Assembly (NCBI RefSeq): GCF_030144855.1
Contig: NC_082715.1
Coordinates: 80,538,001 to 80,602,000, forward strand
Direction: 5' to 3'
Origin: Hypanus sabinus
Lineage: Eukaryota
Length of the DNA stretch: 64,000 nt
Made by a program: the position numbers and the translations under genes. The notes below the pieces were generated by a model that saw nothing but the letters and a program-made list of their open reading frames with translations, was not told the DNA's origin and did not search any database. Shown here in pieces: positions 26,701 through 37,918 of this stretch. Positions within the stretch are counted from its first letter, which is position 1. Each line of letters starts with the position of its first letter.

Positions 26701-27474
26701 GAGGTGTACCTCTGTTTGCGGCCCTGAATGGGGGCAAAGGAGGAGGTGTACATCTGTTTGCGGCCCTGAATGGGGGCAAGGGAGGAGGTGTACATCTGTT
26801 TGCGGCCCTGAATGGGGGCAAGGGAGGAGGTGTACATCTGTTTGCGGCCCTGAATGGGGGCAAGGGAGGAGGTGTACCTCTGTTTGCGGCCCTGAATAGG
26901 GGCAAAGGAGGAGGTGTACATCTGTTTGCGGCCCTGAATAGGGGCAAGGGAGGAGGTGTACATCTGTTTGCGGCCCTGAATGGGGGCAAGGGAGGAGGTG
27001 TACATCTGTTTGCGGCCCTGAATGGGGGCAAAGGAGGAGGTGTACATCTGTTTGCGGCCCTGAATGGGGGCAAAGGAGGAGGTGTACATCTGTTTGCGGC
27101 CCTGAATGGGGGCAAGGGAGGAGGTGTACATCTGTTTGCGGCCCTGAATGGGGGCAAGGGAGGAGGTGTACCTCTGTTTGCGGCCCTGAATAGGGGCAAA
27201 GGAGGAGGTGTACATCTGTTTGCGGCCCTGAATAGGGGCAAAGGAGGAGGTGTACATCTGTTTGCGGCCCTGAATGGGGGCAAGGGAGGAGGTGTACATC
27301 TGTTTGCGGCCCTGAATGGGGGCAAGGGAGGAGGTGTACATCTGTTTGCGGCCCTGAATGGGGGCAAGGGAGGAGGTGTACATCTGTTTGCGGCCCTGAA
27401 TGGGGGCAAGGGAGGAGGTGTACATCTGTTTGTGGCCCTGAATGGGGGCAAGGGAGGAGGTGTACCTCTGTTGG
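23661..27474. repeat. 42-bp tandem array (91 units, five of them 39 bp); consensus ctgtttgc(g/t)gccctgaat(g/a)ggggcaa(g/a)ggaggaggtgtac(a/c)t
   Basis: Directly visible periodicity; 91x42 - 5x3 = 3807 bp plus a terminal CTGTTGG. Confidence 0.99.
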
Positions 27475-28399
27475 ATTGCATCCTCAACTCTGGCTGGAGC
27501 AGGCATGTTCTGTTCTTTAAAAATAAACCCTCAAGGACAAACTTAAGTTTGGTTTAAATATTAAAAAGTTATAAATCAATTTCTGTAGAGTGAATTCTAT
27601 TCCAAAACTAGATCTGCATTATATTGGTGTTTGTATTGGTTTACAAGTGTAACAGGTAACAGAATACAGTGAAAAGCTCGTCTTCCATATTGTTCAAATA
27701 GATCAGTGCATTGAGGTAGAACAAGGTAAACTAATAACAATGCAGGGTAACTGCACAGACTGTCCCCAGCACATCCTCAAGACTGTTAACGCAATCAACA
27801 CTTTTCACTCTATGTTTCAAAGTACAAGCGATAAATAAATTGAAATCTGAACACCTGAGTCACTCTGTGGGTCAGGCAGCATCTGTGGAGGGAAATGAAC
27901 AATTCCCCCACTGAGGTCCTCCAGCAGTTTTGTTTTGCTTCAGATTACAGCATTTGCAGACTTGTGTCTTTGCATCAAATTGAGCAATCTGCAAACTGAA
28001 GTCAAATCTAAACTCTTACGTCTGTAGGTTCCTGATGGCTTTCTGACCTAAAGGTTCTTCGCTACTCAGAAATGAGGCACAAAATTTGTTGCTTACAATC
28101 ATCTTATCAAGTGTTACAGGAGCAAAGAATACAAGGGAAGTAAAATAACTTCCCTTCCACAGGTATCAAAGATAGAGAGGAGACAAGTGGAGAAGAGCGG
28201 GGCAGGAGGTGGTGGGGCGTGGGGAGAGCCTCAGGAAAAATAGAACAAAGATGGTCTGATGACATACCACTAATAACAATAAATTCTGGTAACCAATTAA
28301 ATAGTTGGATTTAAGTAACATGATACCTGTTACTGAAACCAAGAGGTTTCCAGAAAAATACAGAGGCAACTGAAAGACACACTGACCAATCACGTGTGT

Positions 28400-28908
28400 G
28401 CTCAGTGGCCACTTTGTTAGGTACACCTGTTCGTTATTGCAAATATCTAATCTGCCAATCATGTGGCAGTAGCTCCGTGCATAAAAGCATGCAGACATGG
28501 TCAAGAGGTTCAGTTGTTATTCAGGCCAAACATCAGAATGGGGAAGAAATGGGATCTTAGACTCTTCCATTGTGGAATAATTGTTGGTGCTAGATGGGAT
28601 GGTTTGAGTATGATCTGGGACTTTCATGCACAACAATCTCTAGAGTTTATAGAGAGTGGTACAAAAAACAAAAAAAAAAAATCCAGAGAGTGGTAGTTTT
28701 TGTTAATGAGAGAGGTCAGAGGAGAATGGACAGATGAGTCCAAGGTGACAGATGCAACAGAGGTGTGCAGAAGAGCACCCCTGAATGCACAACTTGTTGA
28801 ACCTGACCCTGAGATGGATGAGTGACAGCAGCAGCAGACCAGGGACATACACTCAATCGCCACGGTATTAGGTACGGGAGGTATTAGCAATGGAACCACT
28901 GAAGTGTC
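28400..28908 (+). mobile_element. Non-autonomous Tc1-like DNA transposon
   Basis: Alignable to 2733-3253; MGKKWDL..GIIVGAR. Confidence 0.8.
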
Positions 28909-29106
28909 CAGACTATAGGCGATTATATAACAACAAAAGCAAGCATAAGAAAGATAAACTACAAAAACAACAGCAAATCTACGCCCCAATCCAACACATT
29001 AAGCCAAGTTCAAGATCATATTCAAATTTATTCAACTACACACACGTATACAGCTAAACGAAATATCATTCTCTGGAGCCAAGGTGTGAAATACTGTACA
29101 TACACT

Positions 29107-29303
29107 CACACACAGCACATGTAGCTACGATCTGTGCAGTCACACACAGCATATGTAGTTACAATCCAGTACAGTCTCACACAGCTCATATAGCTACGAT
29201 CGGTACAGTCACACACAGCATATGTAGTTACGATCCAGTACAGTCACACACAGCTCATATAGTTACAATCCAGTACAGTAAAAAAAAACACACATAGTTA
29301 CGA
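29107..29303. repeat. 34/35-bp minisatellite, about 5.5 units (cacacacagcatatgtagttacgatccagtacagt)
   Basis: Directly visible tandem units with alternating variants. Confidence 0.9.
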
Positions 29304-31194
29304 CTCAGTTTCGGAGATAGTCAAACCACCCCATCTGACACCAATAGTCATCTCACGGTCAAAGTCACTGCAATCACATTTCTTCTCTATTCTGAGGTTG
29401 GTCTGAACTGCCTGACCATGTCTGCATGCCTTTATGCAGTGAGCCACTGCCACATGATTGGCTGATTAGATATTTGCGTTATGAGCAGGTGTACAGGTGT
29501 GCCTAATAAAGTGGCAACTGAATGCTAACTAATCTAAACATGTGGAGGTTGATCGGCCTCTGTTATCACTGCAAGTGTAGGGTAGGTGACTGGCAGGAAA
29601 AACAGAGACTGTTGATGAAATTATGCAAGAGAACTGATCACAGGGGACAAGTGGGAGTGGTGTTTAAAGGAATTACTGAGAGTCAGCATAAATTCAATGG
29701 GCTGAATGGACTAGTTACTAATTCAAGATAAAGATCTTGAATTAAAAATTTGCTTTATTTGCCACATGTACATAAAAACATACAATGAAATGCATCATTT
29801 TGTGTCAATGACGTAAGGACTGTGCTGGGGGCAGCTCACAAGCATTGCTATACTTTCTGCGCCAATGCAGCATGCTCACAACTTCCTAACCCTAGCCTGT
29901 ACATCTTTGAACTGTGGAAGGAAACTGGAGCCCCCAGAGGAAACCCACACGGTCATGGGGAGAACATACAAACTCCTTACAGACAGTGGCGGGAATTGAA
30001 TCCAGATCAGTGATAGCTGGTGCCGTAAGGCAATTGTGCTAACTGCTATGCTACCGTGCCACCTAGAATTTACAAGTGGCAGGAGGTCATCATGAAATTA
30101 AACAATTTGCCCCTCTGCTTTGCAAAATAATTCTGGAAAAGGATACAGTATTCCTAAAACACCATCAAAATTGTAACAGTGAAAGCAGGCTGCTCCGGCC
30201 AACCAGTCAGTGTTAGTGTACATTTAGTGGATTAATCTCACGTTCTCCCTGTATCCCATTCTCCCTTTTTCTTTCAACAAAGGAAGGCTTAAAAATTCCC
30301 AATACATCACCAGCACCTGCCTATCCACCATCAAGGACATAAAGTATATACAGAAAGGCCAGAATTATCATGAAAGATTCCACCCACCCTGTTCATGGAC
30401 TCTTTGTCCCACTCCCATCAGGGAGAAGGTTAATCAGCATCCATGCCAAGACCACCAGACTCAAAAACAGTTACTTTCACCATGCAGTAAGGCTAATCAA
30501 CAGCTCTACCTACAAACACACCCCACCACCGCCAGTTTATCATTTTCTGTCAGATACTCCTGCTCCTAGTGCAATGTTATGTACAATAAGTATATGAGCT
30601 AATTGTATGTGTTTATAAGGGAATCCACCCTAACAAAATATGTGGATCCTGGATCAGCCTCTACAGCTATCTGAGGACCCACCAATAGACAACCGCTTAG
30701 GAGAGCGTCTTACTGGACTCGAGTTATCGCACTACTACAATGTATTTATATTTATTATGTTTTTTGTGTATATGCTGCATCAGATCCAGAGTAACAATCA
30801 TTTTGTTCTTCACAGTTGCGTACTGGATGAATGACAATAAACAATCTTGAAACTTAACTAGTGTCATGCAACAAACAATCTGCTGGAAGAACTCTAGGAA
30901 TACTGTAGTCAATATTACAGGGCATGACCCCAAACATTGACAATTCCTTTCCTCTCCCAGATGTTGCTTGACCCACTGAGTTCTTCCAGCAGATCTTTTG
31001 TTGTTCCCAGTTCCAGCTCGCGCAGTCTTCCATGTCTCCAGTGACTAATCTCATCATTGCTGAATGAGACTTCATGGCAAGTCAATCGGCTGCTATGTTT
31101 CGAAAAGAACACCTTCCACTTGCAGTTACTCTCTTTAATACAGGGCACAGATTGTTCAAAGAAGCCCAGGGATCATAGCAACAGCATGTCTCTG

Positions 31195-31930
31195 GTGACC
31201 ATAAGACCATAAGATATAGGAGCAGAAGCCGGCCATTTGACCCATCGAGTCTGCTCCACCATTCAATCATGGGCTAATCCAATTCTTCCAGTCATCCCCG
31301 CTCCCCTGCCTTCACCCCATACCCTTTGATACCCTGGCTAATCAAGAACCTATCTATCTCTGCCTTAAACGCACCCAATGACTTGGCCTCCACAGTCACT
31401 CATGGCAACAAATTCCATAGATTTACCACCCTCTGACTAAAGTAATTTCTCCACATTTCAGTTCTAAATGAACTCATTTGACCCTGAAGTTGTGCCCTCT
31501 TGTCCTAGACTTCCCTACCATGGGAAATAACAGCCATATCTAATCTGTTCAGGTCTTTTAACATTCCGAATGTCTCTATGAGATCCCTCCTCATCCAGCC
31601 CAAGAGCTGCCAGATGTTCCTCATATGGTAACCCTTTCATTCTTGGAATCATTCATGTGAATCTTCTCTGAACCCTCTCCAATGTCAGTGTATCCTTTCT
31701 AAAACAAGGAGCCCAAAACTGCACACAATACTCCAAGTGTGGTCTCACGAGTGCCTTATAGAGCCTCAGTATCACATCCCGGCTCTTATATTCAATACCC
31801 TAGAAATGAATGCCAACATTGCATTCGCCTTCTTCACCACCAACTCAGTCTGGAGGTTAACCTTTAGGGTATCTTGCACAAGGACTCCCAAGTCCCTTTG
31901 CATCTCTGCACTTTGAATTCTCTCCCCACA
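31195..31930 (-). mobile_element. CR1 3' fragment
   Basis: (gaccataa)n tail and ORF2 C-terminal similarity. Confidence 0.85.
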
Positions 31931-32507
31931 CATTCTCTACATGTCCATGAACAGGTTGAATTAGTACAATTTTGATGACATTTTCTGGATGTTGTTATCT
32001 GTACGCTGCTGAAGGGTCTCTGACTGAACATCAATGTTTATTCCCCTCCATGAATACTGTGTGGCCTGCTGAGTTCCTCCAGCATATTGTGCATGTTGCT
32101 CTGAATTTCCAGCATCTACGAAGTCTAGGGTTTGGAATTTTTTTCCTTCTTATGTTTTATAATTCAGAATGAGTTAGTTCATTCAGCCCACTGAGTCTCT
32201 GCCAGCTTTCCATACTTTTATCCCCTATTTTAGCTCCCTGTATTCGGTTCCCTTGCCCATTCCCAACAACACCCCTCTTTCTTCTTGCACCAAGTACCTA
32301 GACAAAGTTAAAAGCTGCTGTGTGTGTGTGTGCTTGTTTGGATTTAAAATTGGTAACTTTTCAAAATGAGATGTTTTTAGACCGTGAGCCAATGCAGGTC
32401 AGTTGAGTGAATGATAAATTGATCTGGTTGAAATGCGTGTGCTGACAGCAGAGTTAGAGATAGGCAGAGCTGAGGAGGAGGCTGGTCAGTAGAGAATTGA
32501 GATTGCT

Positions 32508-32765
32508 AGCTTACCATAATACATAGGAACAGTATTAAGTCATTGAGCTCATCAAGTCTGCACCACCATTCCAACATAGCTGATTCATTATTCCTCTCAG
32601 ATACCTTCTGCTGCTTTCTCCCCATAACTTCTGGCACCCTTACTAATCGAGAGCCTCTGCGTTTACTATATTCAATAACTTGACCTGTAATGAATTCCAC
32701 AGATTCATCACTCTGGCTAAAAAAATCCCTCATTTCTATCGTAAAAGGACATACTTCTATTCTGA
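32508..32765 (-). mobile_element. Older CR1 3' fragment, left half (continues at about 37677-37918)
   Basis: Ends in ggacatacttctattctga. The matching continuation (compare 1465-1700) resumes after the long CR1. Confidence 0.75.
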
Positions 32766-35700
32766 TAGAACCTTAGAACATTACAGCACAGAAACAGGCC
32801 CTTTAGCCCTTCTTGGCTGTGCCAAACCATTTTTCAGCCTAGTCCCACTGACCTGCACCGGGGCCATATCCCTCCAAACCCCTTTCATCCATGTACCTGT
32901 CCAAGTTTTTCTTAAATGTCAAAAGTGAGCCCGCATTTACCACTTCATCTGGCAGCTCATTCCACACTCCCACCATTCTCTGCGTGAAGAAGCCCCCCCC
33001 CCCAATGTTCCCTTTAAACTTTTCCCCCTTCACCCTTAACCCATAACCTCTGGTTTTTTTCTCCCCTGTCCTCAGTGGAAAAAGCCTGCTTGCATTCACT
33101 CTATCTATACCCATCATAATTTTATATACCTCTATCAAATCTCCCCTCATTCTCCTACGCTCCAGGGAATAAAGTCCGAACCTATAACTCTGTAACTCAG
33201 TTTCTCAAGTCCCGTCAACATCCTTGTAAACCTTCTCTGCACTCTTTCAACCTTATTAATATCCTTCCTGTAATTAGGTGACCAAAACTGCACACAATAC
33301 TCCAGATTCAGTCTCACCAATGTCTTAAACAACCTCATCATTACATTCTAACTCTTATACTCTGATTTATAAAGGCCAATGTACCAAAAGCTCTCTTTAC
33401 GACCCTATCCACCTGTGACACCACTTTTAGGGAATTATGTATCTGTACTCCCAGATCCCTCTGTTCTACTGCACTCCTCAGTGTCCTACCATTTACCTTT
33501 TACGTTTTACCCTGGTTTGACCTTCTGAAGTGCAATACCTCACACATGTCCGCATATACTCCATCTGCCATTTTTCAGCCCATTCCTCCAACTAGACCAA
33601 ATCCCTGTGCAAGCTTTGAAAACCTTCCTCACTGTCCACTACACCTCCAATCTTTGTATCATCAGCAAATTTACTGATCCAATTTGCCACATTATAATCC
33701 AGATCATTGATATAGATGACAAATAACAATGGACCCAACACTGATCCCTGTGGCACACCACTAGTCACAGGCCTCCACTCAGAGAAACAATCCTCCACTA
33801 CCACTCTCTGACTTCTTCCATTGAGCCAATGTCTAATCCAATTTACTACCTCACCACATATACCATCTAGCAACTAAATCTCCCATGTGGGACCTTGTCA
33901 ATGGCCTTACTGAAGTCCATGTAGACAACATCCACTGCCTTCCCTTCATCCACTTTCCTGGTAACTTCCTCGAAAAACACTAATAGATTGGTTAAACATG
34001 ACCTACCACGCACAAAGCCATGCTGACATTTTCTATTTAGTCCCTGTCTATCCAAATACTGTAGATCCTATCTCTTAGTACTCCTTCCAATAATTTACCT
34101 ACTACCGATGTCAAACTTACTGGCCTATAATTTCCCAGCTTACTTTTTGAGCCTTTTTTAAACAGCAGAACTACATGAGCTATCCTCCAATTCTCCGGCA
34201 CCTGACCCGTGGATATCAACATTTTAAATATTTCTGCCAGGGCCCCTGCAATTTCAACACTAGTCTCCTTCAAGGTCCGAGGGAATGCCTTATCAGGTCC
34301 TGGGGATTTATCTATTCTGATTTGCCTCAAGACAGCAAGCACCTCCTCTTCTTTAATCTGTATAAGTTCCATAACCTCCCTACTTGTTGGCCTTGTTTCC
34401 ATAGACTCCATTCCAGTTTCCTTAGTAAATACAGATGCAAAAAAACCCATTTAATATCTCTCCCATTTCTTTTGGTTCCATACATAGCCGACCACTCTGA
34501 TCTTCAAGAGGATCAATTTTATCCCTTACTATCCTTTTGCTCTTAATACACCTGTAGAAGCTCTTAGGATTATCCTTCACCCTGACTGCCAAGCAACCTC
34601 ATGTCTTCTTTTAGCCCTCCTTTCTTTCTTAAGTATTTTCTTATTTGTTTTATGCTCCTCAAGCATCTTATTTCCTCCCTGTTGCCTATACATGTTATAT
34701 ATCTCTCTCACCTTCTTTATCAGAGTTCCAATATCTCTCGAGAACCAAGGTTCCTTATTCTTATTCATTTTGCCTTTAACCCTGACAGAAACATACAAAC
34801 TCTCAAAATTTCTCCTTTGAAGGCCTCCCACTACATCCTTGCCAGAGAACAACCTGTCCCAATCTACACTTTTTAGATCCTTTCTCATTTCTTCAAATTC
34901 GGCCTTTTTCCAGTTTAGAACCTCAACCTGAGGACCAGATCTATCTTTATCCATGATCAACCATATAACCATATAACAATCACAGCACGGAAACAGGCCA
35001 TCTCGGCCCTCCCAGTCCGTGCCGAACTCTTAATCTCACCTAGTCCCACCTACCCGCCCTCAGCCCATAACCCTCCACTCCTTTCCTGTCCATATACCTA
35101 TCCAATTTTACCTTAAATGACACAACTGAACTGGCCTCTACTACTTCTACAGGAAGCTCATTCCACACAGCTATCACTCTCTGAGTAAAGAAATACCCCC
35201 TCGTGTTTCCCTTAAACTTTTACCCCCTAACTCTTAAATCATGTCCTCTCGTTTGAATCTCCCCTACGCTCAATGGAAACAGCCTATTCACGTCAACTCT
35301 ATCTATCCCTCTCAAAATTACCTCGATCAAATCCCCCCTCAACCTTCTACGCTCCAATGAATAGAGACCTAACTTGTTCAACCTTTCTCTGTAACTTAAG
35401 TGCTGAAACCCAGGTAACATCCTAGTAAATCGTCTCTGCACTCTCTCTAATTTATTGATATCTTTCCTATAATTCGGTGACCAGAACTGTACACAATATT
35501 CCAAATTTGGCTTTACCAATGCCTTGTACAATTTTAACATTACATCCCAACTTCTGTACTCAATGCTCTGATTTATAAAGGCCAGCGTTCCAAAAGCCTT
35601 CTTCACCACCCTATCTACGTGAGACTCCACCTTCAGGGTACTATGCACTGTTATTCCTAGATCTCTCTGTTCCACCGCATTCCTCAATGCCCTACCATTT

Positions 35701-37676
35701 ACCCTGTATGTTCTATTTGAATTATTCCTGCCAAAATGTAGAACCTCACACTTCTCAGCATTAAACTCCATCTGCCAACGTTCACCCCATTCTTCTAACC
35801 GGCATAAATCTCCCTGCAAGCTTTGAAAACCCACCTCATTATCCACAACAGCTCCTACCTTAGTATCATCGGCTTAGTATCATCAAGTTGAAACTAATGG
35901 TGTTACGATCACTGGAACCAAAGTGTTCCCCTACACACACTTCCGTCACCTGCCCTAACTCATTTCCTAATAGGAGATAATATTGCATCCTCCCTAGTTG
36001 GTACATCTATATATTGATTTAGAAAACTTTCCTGAACACATTTTACAAACTCTAACCCATCTAGACCTTTAACAATATGGGAGTCCCAATCAATGTGTGA
36101 AAAATTAAAATCCCCTACAATCACAACTTTCTGTCTCCCGCAGTTGTCTGTTATCTCTCTGCAGATTTGCTCCTCCAATTCTCGCTGACTATTGGGTGGT
36201 CTATAATACAACCCCATTAATGTGGTCATACCTTTCCTGTTTCTCAGCTCCACCCATACGGCCTCAGTAGACAAGCCCTCTAATCTGTCCTGCTGAAGCA
36301 CTGCTGTAATATTTTCCCTGACTAGCAAAGCCACCCTCCTCCACCCTTCATCCCTCTGCCTCTATCACTTCTGAAACATCAGAACCCTGGAACATTGAGC
36401 TGCCAGTCCTGCCCTCCTGTAGCCAAGTTTCGGTAATGGCTATGATGTCATAATTCCATGTGTCAATCCAGGCCCTCAGCTCGTCTGCCTTTCCCACAAT
36501 ACTCCTTGCATTAAAATATACACACCTCAGAAGATTGTTACCACCACACACAACCTTACTATTTGTGACTTTGCATGAACTACTAACATCATTTATTTTT
36601 ACCCCCGTTCCACTATCTGCTCTGGCACTCTGGTTCCCATCCCCCTGCAAATCTGGTTTAAACCCTCCCCAATAACACTAGCAAACCTCCCTGCAAGTAT
36701 ATTGGTCCCCTTGTAGTTCAGGTGTAACCCGTCTCTCTTGTACAGGTCCCACCTGCTCCAGAAGAGGTCGCAATGATCTAGAAATCTGAAACCCTGCCCC
36801 CTACACCAGCTCCTCAGCCACGTGTCCATCCTCCAGAGCGTCCTACTCTTACCCTCACTGGCACGTGGCACAGGTAGCAATCCTGAGATTACCACCCTCG
36901 AGGTCCTGTTTTTCAACTTCCTACCATTCACTCTTCTGTACTCACTCTTCAGGACCTCCTGACTCTTTCTACCTATGTCATTGGTACTGATGTGTACCAC
37001 AACATCTGGCTGATCACCCTCCCACCTCAGAATGCTGTGCACACGATCAGAGGCGTCCCTGACCCTGGAACCCGGGAGTCAACAAACCATCCAGGAGTCT
37101 CTGTCATGACCACAGAATCTCCTGTCTGTACCCCTGACCATGGAGTCCCCTATCACTACTAATCTCCTCTTCTTCCTCCCTCCCTTCTGCACTGCAGAAC
37201 CAGACTCAGTGCCAGAGACCCGGCTGTCGCAGCTTGTCCCAAGTAAGCCATCCCCCCCCCCCCCCCAACAGTATCCAAATCAGTATACCTGTTTTGGAGG
37301 GGAATGGCCACAGGGGAACCCTGCACTACCTGCCCCTTTCCCTTTCCTCACCTGATGGTAACCCAATTACCTGTGCCCTGCTCCTTAGGTGTAACTACCT
37401 CCAGGAAGCTACCATCTGTAAACTGCTCAGTCTCCCGAATGATCCGGAGGTCATCCAGCTCCTGCTCCAGTTCCCTAAAGCAGTCTGTTAGGAGCTCCCT
37501 GACTTCCCACATCCTGTAAGAGGAGCATTCCAACATCCTGCCTGGCATATTCTCTAGTCTGAACAAAAAAAAGAAAAACAGAAACTTACCAGAACCTATC
37601 CTCACCACTGCCTGTTTCTCGCCGAAGCCTGATTGAGCCAAGGCCATCCCACTCCAACGATGGCCGCTACGACAAT
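32766..37676 (-). mobile_element. Near full-length, frameshifted CR1 LINE: ORF1 with SGNH/GDSL esterase, ORF2 with APE endonuclease and RT
   Basis: ORF1 pieces ECSSYRMWE, VVVHISTNDIGR, DGLHLN. APE pieces YFNARSI, AITETW, YYRPPN, IVGDFN. RT pieces NYRPVSLTS, QHGF, YMDFSKA, SGVPQGSVLGP, KFADDTK. 3' tail repeat at 32766. Confidence 0.95.
34961..35881 (-). mobile_element. Young 5'-truncated CR1 inserted into the longer CR1
   Basis: 208-aa uninterrupted ORF2 C-terminal segment, own 3' tail (ccatataa)2, flanked by ATCAA at 34956-34960 and 35882-35886. Confidence 0.93.
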
Positions 37677-37918
37677 GCGTGCCTTCTAGTCTTAGGCCAC
37701 CCACCTCCCCCACATCTTCTCTATGTCCGCTCCATCTAGGCCTTTCAAAGTTTGATAGGCTTCAATGAGATCTCCCCTGTTCTCCTAAATTCCAGTAAGT
37801 ACAGGCTTAGGGCCATCAAATGCTCCTCACACATTATTAACCCTTTAATTTCTGGGATAGTTCTGATGAACCTTCTCTGGACCCTCTCTGATGCCAGCAT
37901 TTTCTTTCTTAGATAAGG
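37677..37918 (-). mobile_element. Older CR1 3' fragment, right half
   Basis: PYLRK..ERVQRRFIRTIPEIKGL..LSLYLLEFRR. Confidence 0.8.

Noticed and set aside
23661-27474. CRISPR array, or an established 1,300-aa protein gene
   Set aside because: Units are contiguous with no unique spacers, the context is eukaryotic and there are no cas genes. The ORFs follow from a 42-bp stop-free unit and have no promoter, splice or domain support.
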